Notes: generated from the letters alone by a model not told the origin. Shown: positions 1 to 12,008, numbered from the stretch's first letter. The stretch: DNA of 64,000 nucleotides from Cenococcum geophilum (GCA_050273025.1 CP158635.1:1302001-1366000), one strand, 5' to 3'. Program-made: numbers and translations.

Positions 1-49
1 TTTAATAGGGGTGGAGTTATAAAAGGCTAAAGTTGGTAGATTTTAGTGT

Positions 50-102
50 ATTTTGGGGTGGCTTGACTAGGTAGCTGGCTCGACTAGGTAGCTAATACAT
101 TA
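50..102. repeat. Possible right TIR of a pogo/Fot1-like element (element extends left of window)
   Basis: Duplicated GCT(T/C)GACTAGGTAG motif ending GGTAGCTAATACATTA; resembles GGTGGCTAATACGTTA at ~11235-11250. Reverse strand reads TA-ACGT..., like fungal pogo-type termini. Partner TIR not found. Confidence 0.3.
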
Positions 103-254
103 GTGGCCACACTGCCCGCAAATAAGATTTAGCATTTTAGGATTAAGATATAAGGATCTCTTCCCGTTGTTTTATATTATCTAGCTGTTCTAGTAGCTTC
201 TATATATTTATAATACGAAGAGCTACGCTTTATATGGTTAAAACAACGTCAGCG

Positions 255-295
255 CTAGCAGGGAGGGCGGCCAGCCCGCTTAGGTAGCCCCCTTA
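255..295. mobile_element. Orphan right TIR of the CAAGGGGG MITE family
   Basis: CTAGCAGGGAGGGCGGCCAGCCCGCTTAGGTAGCCCCCTTA matches the right TIR at 11484-11525; the adjacent subterminal sequence resembles 11711-11740 in reverse complement. Confidence 0.75.
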
Positions 296-3238
296 CAGCT
301 TATACAAGCTTCGGCTTCTCCCCCCCCCTAGCGCGCAGCGGTACATACCGAATTTCGCTAAGCCTGCAGCTAAATTAGTATATAGAGCTAGCAGGAAGAG
401 GTGTAGTATATAGCCCTGGCTTGGGCCACTAGCTATCTCAAATTTAGAGCTTAAATCTGAAGCTATTCGTGACTTTTTTTTATATTTTTATTTTTTATAT
501 CCATTGTATTATACTATGTATAATACTGCGCATGCAGCCTTTAAGCTATGGCGCTATAGTTCTATATATATGAATCCTTTTAGGCAGCTTAATATATACT
601 AGTAGCTATGTCCTAATAGTTTATAAACCTCTAGACTAAGGGTTTACTGCTCCCTAGTAAAGTACTAGATTGCCAACAACTAATAGGTAAGTTAAAAATA
701 ATAGAAAAGACAATAAGAAATTAAGAAACCCTAACGCTTATCTATATCCAATTTGTAGCTTATTTCTATCCTTTTGCTTTCTAATATCTATCTACTAAAA
801 ACCTAGTAGGAGTTACCTTCTTCTAAGGATCCTGCTATTATTAGCTACTTCCTAGTAGCTATTCCTGTCCTATCTAGAAATATATTTATAACTTGTCTCC
901 CTTACTAAAGGCCGTAATATTTGCTCTAGATCGTGGTATATTAAAGCTTCTTTTTCTCATTAATATAAGCTCTAAACGTACTGCTGCTGCCTTTATTAGT
1001 AGTCCCTCCGGCCGCCTACCTATATAATGATTTCGAATATCACTAATATAGCCTTCCTTATTAATCGCCTGCCTACCTACTTTAACATAGAGCTTAAGTA
1101 TAAGTATGGTGGTAACTCTCCCACCTATATACAGTAGCCAAATTAATACGTAGTTTAAGTATCCTTAGCCTATATACGAGGGCTTATATACGTTGTAATA
1201 GGCTGCCTTATTTGCTACGGGTAAGTTTAATAAGATCCTAAACGATCCGGCGGCTACTAAGGAGTATAATAATAAGGAAGTTTAATACTTTTACTACCTA
1301 CAAGATTATAATGTGGCGAGAGCTTCTATGCAGCTTTTGTAACTCTCGCAGCCTATAAATATAGGTCCCCTTATATTGCCAAATTAATTATATACTGAAA
1401 GGCATTTATTAGCAGAGGCCTTAACATCTAAATCTTTGGTAGAGAGGGAGGAGGAGCTAGCTCTAAGGCTTTAGATAGAATAGGAAGAGCAGCTAGTGAA
1501 GCCTTCTAAAGGAGGTTCCTTCTTTAAATATCGCCTCTTGGTAATAACTAAGATTAAGAAGCCAAATCACTTAAATGGTTTCTTAGCTTATACATTTCCT
1601 AGGGCTCGCCTTTGCCTCTTAGTTATATATAACCGAGAGGTTCTTTCTAAGGTTAATAGGGCTATATAGTAGAAGTACGCTGGCCGTACTTTTATAAGTA
1701 ATATGTGTAATAGTATTGTAAAGGTTCCTAGGCGGTTAAAAGGCTCCTCTAGAGCTACATTCTAATTTAATCCTAGCCGTATAATAGATGGCTTAATTCT
1801 AAGAGTAAGCTTATAAGGCTAGCGAGAGCCTATTACAATTGCCCTAGTAATGTAATTAAGAAGCTTAAAGTTAAACTTGGTCTTAAATATATTAAGACTA
1901 TAAGATAGCAAGCTCCTCGCCCCTCTAGTCGCTCTTCTATAATAACGTAATTAGCTTTACAATTAGCTCCAGAATCCTTACAGAGCTCTCTACCAGCTAC
2001 GCCGCAGCGTGTAGCTAGTAATCTTACGGCTTTTACAGTCCCTATAACAAGCTTTATAAAGATATCGCAAAGGCAATAATATTATAAGAACTGCGGTAGT
2101 AACTAGTGCTAGGTATATTAGTAAGTCGACTATAGGCTTATATAAGAGGACGTAAGGGAGTAGGCTCGGGTAATGGATAAGGGCCTTACTACTAAATATA
2201 CTCCTCCCATTAAGTTAATATAGAAGCTTTTTAATAGGAAGATAAGTAGTATGAAGAAAGGAGAGCTTACTACTAAGGCGTCTGCGCTTAGTACTCCAGG
2301 CGTAGTTAATTAATTCTATATTAACCCTACTAGCAGTTATAATAGGCGCCCATCTATACCTCTGGCAGCTCTTTCTTAAGCTTAAAGTTATTGCCGATTG
2401 CTCCTCTACTATACGCTTAAGGCCTTAATCGGCTTACTAATTTACAGGAGTATTTTAAGTGGCATAAGTAGGCAGTGCAAAACTTAGAGGACTAGTAGGA
2501 AGATATTAAGGCCGTATATTAAGTGGCATTTAAGAAGTAGTAAGACTTAAAGATAATTTAAGAGCAGAGGCTAAACAAGTAAGGGAAGACGCCGATTAAG
2601 GTAATAATTAAGGTAGGCGTTCTAGAGGCAATTGCTAAGAGATTATAAATAGATATTAAGGAGTAAAGAGCTTTAAGAGGCGTTACTGGTGGTGACTTTA
2701 AGAGCCTTATATTCAATCAGTAGTAGATTTTTTAACTTAAGCCTACGCCTGCTTATAGGCACCTATTATAATATACACTTTGCTAGTAATTCTTATATAA
2801 ATCGTATATTACAATTGTAGAAGGTAGCTACACTAGGCTTTATACGGTAAAGACACCTTACTATATAATAAAATCTCACTCCTCCCTACTAATATAACCG
2901 CTATAGTAGAAATAGGCTCTCGCGCTCTTACATTTACCTCCTACTACCTCTATATACTAGCTTAGAAAGCTTCTAAAGCTATCGCCTTATTGCTTTAGCG
3001 CCTCTTTCTAAAAGGCAAAGTGTTACTAAATAAACTCCTTTAGCTTACTAAAGAATTCCTTAATTAGATTTAAATCGGGTAGGTATATAGGCAAGTATAT
3101 AAGCTTTACCCTAGCTCTCTTAAAGAGAGTAGTAATATACGGTAAGTAATAGAAGCTTATATTATCTATAATAACTACCAATCTTAGTACTAGATAAGGA
3201 TTACAATAATATAAGAGGAAGTATTTAATCTAATAGTT

Positions 3239-6200
3239 TGTCACGGAACCCTACCGCAGGGGCCTCCATAGGAGAGCCCCGTGCTCTCGCGTACACCTTA
3301 CATACAGCTTATGTCAGCTACGCGTAGGTATATCACCTCCTTACGCCCTCGACCCTTACGATCGATCGCGCAATGTCTTGTAGACTCCTCGAATACATAC
3401 GTCTTGTAGCTACTGCCCCGTCCCGTGACATTACGTTGCGCCTTTTTACCACCGATACCCAGCCTACGACTAATTCTACGTCTCTGTAATACTACAGGCG
3501 CTGCCAAAAGCAGCATGCCTATAAGTTACCTCACTTTATACTTCTAAGGAACCTATAATAGTAAGATAATATTCCTTACTAGCCATTATATTAAACCCAA
3601 AGAACAATCTAATACCTACACTTAACCTATAACGCCAATTAATCCCAGAAGAATTCGATTTATTAGCCCTAGCCTTAACCCCTAAGGAGAGGGATACTAA
3701 TAATATCTTATCTTTTATTAACTATATAACTATAGATAAGTAAGTAAAAGGGCTACTACCTATTAAAATTAAAATATAAGACGCTAAGATGTTCGCAAAA
3801 ATGGTAATATAAGAACCCGATAAATACTACCGCCTTCTATAAAACTACTACCTAAAGCTTATATAAGCCGAGATGCGTACTGCCTAAGATCGCAATATTA
3901 TCTAAGACCTATAAGCTTATGAGGCGCTTGCCGATAACACGCGTTAAAAAACTAAAGATGACCTCTACGTGTCTAAACGCGACGTCTAACAGTTAAAGAA
4001 GGCTAAGATTATACTTATTGCTACGGTTACTAAAAGAGAAGGTATAATTAAATACCTATAATCTTAGCTTAATAAGCACATTTATAATAACGCCAGACAC
4101 CTCTCTACTGCATATAACGCCACTTAAGTCTTTACGCCCTTAGTAACTTCACCTACTTAACGCTTAACGGAGGGTTAGCGCCAAGCAGCCTTACCTAATA
4201 GAAACCCCTACTAAAGTGATAATAAAAGCTATAACGACCAAACCTAAGCTGCTACCGTAGGGTCTAATATACGTTACCCTAATCCCCTAGTTTTTTAGGG
4301 AGACTGCAAAGAATATAGCCACTAAAAGATGTAAATCCGTAAGAAACTAACTTAGAGCGCCTGCCTTTTTCCTATAGAAGACACTAAGATTGGCTATATT
4401 ATTGGGCGAATAAAGGGTATACTATTTAATAGACTCTTCGCCTAATAGGAGACCAATAGCCCCTGAAAGTGGCAGTCCCACTAAGAAGTTCTTAATAATC
4501 TTAACCTAATATACCACGACTATAACCTACTAGCCACTAACCGAGCTAAACTATGTGCCCTAAAGATGAGCCCTATTAAATTATTTAATGAGTTCTATAT
4601 TAAATTCTAGGAATATACTAAAGCCCTTACCTAAGACGATACTAAAGACCAGGAAGATCTTCTTAAAAAAGTCACTTATCGCCTTAATTACGCAGCCGCT
4701 AGCCACAATTATAATAATATTTATAATATAGTAGCAGCTATATGGAAGATTAAACGACGACTAAATTAGATCGCTACTGTAAACCCCCGCCTAAAGACCT
4801 CTCTATAGAAGCCCTCCGGACCTACTAAACCACTAACGCCCACTACCCTAAGCAATACTACTAGTCCTAATATTGACCTTTCCATACTAACCTTCCCGTA
4901 GAAGCTACTAGATGGAGAACGTAAGCTACTTTAAAAGCTAAAGCGTTGCTATAGATATTATTAAGAAAGCTATTATAGCTATAGCCTAAACTACCTAATA
5001 GCTAGGTTTAGTAGCTGCCGCCTAATACCTAACCTAGTACCTTAAACACTAAATACGTTGCTATATGCCACTACCGTATAAGATAAAGACGTAGTAATAG
5101 TAGTAGAATTAGATACGGAAACGGAAAACGCTAAGTCCTAGCCCTAAGTTGTAGGTTAGGACGCCCTAATAATAAAGGGATCTATATATTGGCCTACTTA
5201 ATAAATAACTTAGTAAAAATAAATAGATGGAAATAGATAGTTTTACCTATAATAGGAACTACTGCTAAAAAATAATATAAAAGCCGTTTTATAATTAATT
5301 GCGAAGCTATTAATAAATTTATAGATACCTAATTCGTGTGTACTTATAACTTACTTACCTTACCCCTTACTAAAGCCCGCGCCCTATAACTCGTTAATAG
5401 TAGTTATACTGCACAGAAGATTACCTATATGGTATAACTCTATTTAGACATAAATAGGCACCAAAAAGAACTCTGGGCCTATATTACACCACTTGCTAAC
5501 TACCCTATTATCCTTAGAATAAACTAGCTCGAATAATACAACCCTGCCATTAACTAAAAAAAGAGAGAAGTAACTTTTAACTCTAAATACTGTAGAGAGA
5601 CCTGCCTAGGATATAGCCTAGCCGCCTTTATCTACTCCCTAGGATACCAACCTAAGGAACCCCTTATTACCCTACCTATAACTAACTGCTACTATATAAG
5701 TGCCGCGGCCTTCTACCGTATAGCACGTAGGAAAGGCTAGACTGTTACTGCAGCCTCCTAATTATAACTATATAAGCTTAATAAAGAACAGGATTACGTC
5801 CTCTATAGTAATAGGATAGATATAGTTAACCTTTTAGAAAACGATGCCCCCGTAGAACTCTACGGACTTTCACCTTTAGACTTTAAGAAGTTTATAAAGC
5901 TTAAAAAAGGACTTACTAACAAGGAACTCCGCAAGCTCCTCCCTAAAAGGTACTATAACTTTATTAACGTATACTTATAAAAGAGCGTAGATATACTCCC
6001 CCTATATTAACCTAATAACTATACCATTAATATTAAATAAGGAAAAACGCTACCCTATAAGAGACCCTACCTAATATTAAAAGATGAACTTCTAGTTATT
6101 AAAAAGTATATTAACGAATACCTTGATAAAGGGTTTATTCGCCCTAACATATCCCCAATAGCCGCCCCTATTCTCCTTATTAAGAAGCTAAAAGGAGGTA

Positions 6201-9200
6201 TTTAATTTTGCGTTAACTATAGAGGACTTAACGCTATTATGATTAAGAACTAATACCCCGTACCGCTTATACGTGAGACTCTTAAGTGGCTTAGCTAAGC
6301 TAAAATCTATACTAAGCTTAATATTATCGCCGCCTTTAACCGCCTCTAAATATAAAAAGGTAACGAATAGAAAACCGCATTCGCATCGTACTTTAGCCAA
6401 TTCAAATATACTATTATGTCCTTTAGCGTATATAACGGCCCAGGCAGCTTCTAAAGCTATATTAATAACGCCTTATGGAACTACCTTAATGACTTCTGCT
6501 CTGTGTACCTGGACGATATACTTATTTATAGTAATAACCCTTTTAAGTATACTGAGCATGTTTAAAAGGTCCTATAGCGCCTTAGGGATGTAGGACTTTA
6601 TATTAATTTAAAGAAGTGCGAATTCTTAGTTACAGAAGTAAAATACCTTAAACTAATTATTACTACTAAGGGTGTCTGTATGGACCCTAAGAAGGTACGC
6701 ATAATTACCGAATAGTAAACCCCTAACTGCATTAAAGATGTATAAGCTTTCCTTGGTTTCGCTAACTTCTATTAAAAATTTATATACAACTTCTTGGGTA
6801 TTATAGCACTATTTATAGCAATGATATAAACGAAGGGCTTTTCCGTAAAAGGAAGAAAAACATATCTACGTTTTATCTAGACGCCTAAATATAAGAAGGC
6901 GTTCTAAGACCTTAAAGATGCTTTTACTAAAGCACCTATTTTAGCTTACTTTATACTAGGACGATAACTCTATCTTAAAACTGACTCCTTAGACCACGTT
7001 AACACAGGCATCCTTTCCTAGATGGGCGATAATAGTTTCCTCTACCTAGTCGTATTCTATTTATCTAAGCTTATACTATAAGAATATAACTATAAGATCT
7101 ATAATAAGGAACTTCTCGCGATTATATAAGCGTTTAAGGAATTCTGATTGGAACTTTCCTTAGCAGAACCTGACTAGCTAACTGAAGTCCTTACGGATCA
7201 TCGCAACCTTGAGTACTTTATAACTACGAAATAGCTAAACTAACGCTAAGCACGCTGGAACGAGTTCCTCTCTAGTTTTAACTTTAAAATTATATATAGG
7301 CTAGGAGTATAAGGTACTAAGCCTAATAGCCTAATACGCCGCTTATAAGACCTTCCTTAGTCTAAAGATAACCCCTATAACTAGTTCCAATAATAGATAA
7401 TCCTAAAAGCATGGAATTTAGCCTTAGGTATATTACCTATAATAGAGCCAACTATACCTTAGCTCCATACCACAGAACTAAAATTACCTCCTGAAATTAA
7501 TAAGCTTATTACTACGGTATATAACACCTCTGTTAACCCATTACTGTATTAACTTATTGCTGTAAAGACCGCCAGCGCTTATATGCTGCCGACTAAACTC
7601 TAAAGCTTAGGCTAGATTAATATAGTAGCCTTAGAAGTAAAAGAAAATAGGCTCTATTATAGAGGCCGTCTATTTATCCCTAACTTAGAAAATCTATAAC
7701 GGTAACTAATCTAAATGGCCCACGACCTCCGATTAAGCGGCTACCTAGGTAGAGGAGGAACCTATAAGCTTTTTAGCCGATACTACTTCTGGCCTAAAAT
7801 AATAGACTTAGTTAAACGCTTTATAGGCGCCTGCTACGGTTATAAGCGCACTAAGGCCTTTAATATAAAGTACCAAGGACTACTGCACCCTCTACCAGTA
7901 CCTATACGACGATAGGCAGATATCGCTATAGATTTCGTTATTGACCTACTACCCTATAAGCAACATAGCCGTACCTATAAGAACATCCTTATAATAATAT
8001 GCCGACTTATAAAAAAGCGCCACTACGTCCTAACCAAAGGCGTAGCTATTAGTGACGTTACTAACGCCTTCCTCCGTGAAATCTACCGATTATATAGGTT
8101 ACCTAACTCGATTATATCCGACTAAGGTATATAGTTTGGCTCTAATGTATAGAGACGAATCTACTAACGCCTTGGCATCTCCGTTAAGATATCTATATCC
8201 TTCTACTACGAAACTGCTAGGTAACCGGAAAACGCTAATGCTAGTATAAAAGCGTACCTATGACAGGTAGTCGCCTATAGTTAAGATAACTGGGTAAATT
8301 ACCTCCTACTAGGTGAATTTGTAGCGAATAACTACATCTTAACTACTATAGGACTTACCCTATTCTTTGCGAATAAGAAATATTACCCCTAATCCGGTAT
8401 AGAACCACCAGAACCTATTAATAAGAAACTGCCATATAGAAAACGCCTTAAGATACTACTTACCGACTAGCATATAGACCGCATAAAAAATCTACTTAAC
8501 TACTGTAAGGGAGAAATGGCCTAGGCTTAAGCAAAGTAGGCTTACTTTGCCAATTATTATAAAACGCCACCACCGGAGATACGTGTTAGCGACTGGGTAT
8601 AGCTAGATGCACGTAATATCTCTATATAAAGGCCTATAAAGTCACTTAATTATAAGAACCTCGGCCCCTACCTAATTAAATGAGTTATTAATAGGGGAGC
8701 CGTATATAAGCTAGAGCTTCTGCCTACCCTAGCTACCCGCGGAATATAGCCTGTATTTTACCTATGGCTACTACACCTTCACTAGCCTAACCCCTTACCG
8801 GGGTAGATATAGCCTAAACCCCTACCAGTACTAATCCGAGATAAGAATGAAGACAAGAACTATAAGGAGTGGACCGTTAAACGAATTATTAACTCTAAAT
8901 ACTTTGGTAAAGGTAGAGGACGATAGCTCTACTATAGAGCTATATACACAGGATTTGATATAGATTAGCTAGAATGGCAACTATAAAAAGACTTTAAAAA
9001 TACAAAGGATCTAATTAGTGACTTTTACTACGCGAACCTATAGAAACCGGGCCTAAGTAGAGATTTTATACCTAATTCTCTATAGGAGCCCTTATAGAGC
9101 TAAACCGTTATATATTACCACGTAGGGGTAAATTGCCGTTAGATTGCCGTTAGATTATGGTAAAGTGTGATTATATAACCGGAATATCGTTAAGATGTCC

Positions 9201-9582
9201 AGGAACTTTAACCGGCGGTTAAAGTTATCTAATTGGTTAGATTCTTAGATGCCAAGCCTTATTATATAATATTGTTTTAAGCCTTTAGCAATACCCCCCT
9301 TTCTTCTTTTCTATACCCTAAGTGTCCCTTCTATATATATATAGTAACCATAGCGTCGCCGGAGCTCCGCCTTTATAGGAGGGGGGGTAGTGTCATAGAA
9401 CCCTACCGCAGGGGCCTCTATAGGAGAGCCCCGTGCTTTCGCGTACACCTCGCGTATAGCTTATGTCAGCTACGCGTAGGTATATCACCTCCTTACGCCC
9501 TCGACCCTTACGATCGATCGCGTAACGTCTTGTAGACTCCTCGAATACATACGTCTTGTAGCCACTGCCCTATCCCATAATA
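3239..9582 (+). mobile_element. Gypsy/Ty3 chromovirus LTR retrotransposon A, full length, RIPed
   Basis: 192-bp LTRs at 3239-3430 and 9391-9582, TSD TAGTT, PPT AGGAGGGGGGGTAG at 9377-9390, RT VYLDDIL at ~6503, RNase H YEIYDKELLAI-like motif at ~7090, integrase, chromodomain EWTV.RII.S at ~8866. Confidence 0.95.
5170..9100 (+). pseudogene. RIPed pol (PR-RT-RH-IN-chromodomain) of Gypsy A
   Basis: Motifs in Gypsy order; ORF-track fragment 7715-7915 (RYYFWPKI..VKRFIGAC..LHPLPVP) is the integrase zinc-finger region. Boundaries approximate. Confidence 0.85.
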
Positions 9583-11379
9583 TAGTTATAGCCCTCTATA
9601 TTCGTTAAGCCACTATATACTAATAATATCAGCACGCCTTTAATGGTGTAGGTAGGTAGTATATTAACTCTCTACTTACTATAGTTATACGGTATATATA
9701 AAATAGGTATAACTCCTACTAGTAACTAAAACGCCTTCTATATACTAGTTTTTAAATTAGCTCTAGATTTATCTATAAACACTAGCTACTTAATAGTAAA
9801 CTATAAGATATAGGCCTAGTATAAGTTACGGTCTTCCTAGCTTTACTTAAAAGCAACTCCCTAAGCCTAATATACTTAGCAGCTTCCTTATATATATAAT
9901 AAAAGCTTCCTTACTAGCTTCCTACTCTAGCTAGTAACTCTTAGTTCTGCACTAAGCGTCTACCTACTTATAATAATCTAAAATTAATCGTAAATAAACC
10001 ACGTTATTTTATCGAGATATATATTCGGGGCATTATTTAATTAGCAGAGCAATGCGACGATCGCCTTATTACTTAGCAGGCGTCTTAACTTATATATATA
10101 ATTAAGCTTTATCTTCCCGTACAGCTATAGATTCCTTTAAATAGACTAGATTAATTTAGTAGAGTAGTTGGCTTAACGGGCGCATTAATATTTAGTTGTA
10201 CCGGCTGTAAAAAGGATCTTAATAAAGGCGTGCTGCCAACTGCCCATATTTAGAGCCATATTAATAAGAGGAAGAAGCTTTAGAACACTATAATCCGGTA
10301 TAAATATCACGACTTTAATAAACAAGGGACAATAAGATCAGCTTTAAATTTAAGGTAGCTAGTGGCCTAAGCCAGGGCCACATACTACACCTCTTCCTGC
10401 TAGCTCTATATACTAATTTAGCTGTAGGCTTAGCGAAATTAGGTATATACCGCTGCGCGCGCTAGGGGGGGAGAAGCCGAAGCTCGTACAAGCTGTATAT
10501 AGAAGGGCGTCCGTTTAGTAGGATTGTCGCCAGGTCAAGCCTATTAAGGAGCTAAACGAACAGCTCTTAATTAATGAGCCAGGTCAATGTCTGAATCGCC
10601 TACAGAGGCCTAAGTAGCAGTTCTACTATCCTTCCCTTGCCGCGTAGAGGGTTAACAATTTACGAGCGTCTACGACTAGGCGTAGGAAGGCTTTTCGCAC
10701 AACCCATACTATTAATAATTAAGGCTTTATTTTCGGTAAGTGATGTCATATGATGGCGATATTTGGTTAAAAATCGTCAAAAATATGGTCAAGTCGATCG
10801 ACCTAGCCTGACAGGCAGTTGAACAGTACCCGCAGAAGTGGAGGTACTGGTAAGATTAGGCACAGTTTATCTACCAGGTGGGCGGTTTTTGCCAAAATTG
10901 CGGCTGACGCGAGGACTCCACCTGCCCAGATAGTGGCTCGACTTTTGGCTGCCAAGACCACCCACCTGGGTTACTAAATGGACGACCCCTACCCACTAAG
11001 TGGATATCGATCTGCCCGGGTGGCTTTTTTAACCGCTTACCTGGTCAATTTGACCTGGCAAGAGAAAGTTACTAAACAAGCCCTTAGGCAGACCATATAT
11101 AGAGCCTTCGGCTCCACCTCCTTTCAAAAAGGAAACGCGGGACGTTTACCACTCCTACCTTCTCTAAAGGGCTTCGCTATACCGCAATAATAGGTTTTAA
11201 TGGGTGAGTCGGCTGGGTGGCTGACTCGTATGGGGGTGGCTAATACGTTATCCCTTCGTCTAGCAAAAGAGACTTTTCGTATTGGGCGCTTTAGGCGCCC
11301 CTGCCTGGGTTAGCATGCTGCAGGCACCCTAACTAGCGTGATTTTATTGGCAAGCCTTATTACTACGGTACTAGGCATA

Positions 11380-11525
11380 CAAGGGGGCTACCTGAGCGGG
11401 CTGCCGCTCCCTCCCTGCAAGTATGGTGGCAATATAATAATGTCCTACGAAAACAGTGTAGATACGACTAAAATGCTACAAAACTTGCAGGGAGGGAGCG
11501 GCAGCCCGCTCAGGTAGCCCCCTTG
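11380..11525. mobile_element. MITE, CAAGGGGG family copy 1 (146 bp)
   Basis: Perfect 43-bp TIR CAAGGGGGCTACCTGAGCGGGCTGCCGCTCCCTCCCTGCAAGT, TA TSD. Confidence 0.9.
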
Positions 11526-11673
11526 TAAGTTTCGTTAGTACGCCCGGTCCGACACGGATTATCGACAAGGATAAGACAGGCCACCCGACCAACGATGCGC
11601 GATAATCTTTTAAAGTAACCAATGAGAAAAAAAGAATTCATTTGCCAAGCTCCACGCACACTAACGAAACTTA

Positions 11674-11956
11674 CAAGGGGGCTACCTGAGCGGGCCACCA
11701 GCGCTCCCTACTAGCGTTGGCGTAGTTTTAGCCATATACGTATGGCTTATAAGTAGTAATCCTTAAATTACAAGGTAAAGAAGCCGCTGGAATACGTAGG
11801 TAATATAAGGAAGCGCTACCTCGCTATAATTACTGTAGATAGAGGCCCTATAAAATACTAAATAAGCACCTGTTTTAATGTAGCAATATAGCAATATAAG
11901 CACTAGCAGGAGGCGCTTGCAGGGAGCGCTGGTGGCCCGCATATGTTACCCCCTTA
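11674..11956. mobile_element. MITE, CAAGGGGG family copy 2 (283 bp)
   Basis: ~41-bp imperfect TIRs sharing GCGGGCCACCAGCGCTCCCT, TA TSD. Confidence 0.85.
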
Positions 11957-12008
11957 TATGCCTGGTACCGTAGTAAAACGCGTTAATATTACTAAAAATA
12001 CCTATATA

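Larger units (their letters stand above)
2876..10259 (-). pseudogene. RIPed Tc1-like DDE transposase (segments 9583-10259 and 2876-3233)
   Basis: ATG at 10259 (MALNMGSWQHAF...), APNIYLDKITWFIYD segment, and C-terminal YLPIYLPDLNLIKEFFSKLK, equivalent to the LPPYSPDLNPIE motif; many TAA/TAG stops. Confidence 0.85.
296..10495 (-). mobile_element. Tc1/mariner (IS630-Tc1, Ant1-like) DNA transposon, ~3.85 kb net, RIPed, interrupted by a Gypsy element
   Basis: ~155-bp TIRs (296-451 and 10340-10495; CAGCTT...AAGCTG), TA TSD at 294-295 and 10496-10497, minus-strand transposase relic. Confidence 0.9.
11363..11973. mobile_element. Host MITE (~180 bp net) whose two TIRs are each interrupted by a MITE
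   Basis: Reconstructed TIR CTACGGTAC(T/C)AGGCA[TA]AGTTTCGTTAGT at both ends (11360-11379 plus 11526-11539; 11660-11673 plus 11957-11976); TA flanks. Confidence 0.8.

Noticed and set aside
3298..3516. Short ORF-track entries in LTRs and RIPed TEs (also 29082-29279, 52430-52636, 60918-61205, 10978-11190)
   Set aside because: Chance ORFs or off-frame/antisense fragments of TE sequence.
9132..9156. ATTGCCGTTAG tandem duplication in the Gypsy A 3' UTR
   Set aside because: Simple 11-bp slippage duplication with no further support.
9190..9244. Hammerhead ribozyme reading of the shared palindrome module
   Set aside because: No CTGATGA/GAAA core, or RIPed equivalent, in the required arrangement.
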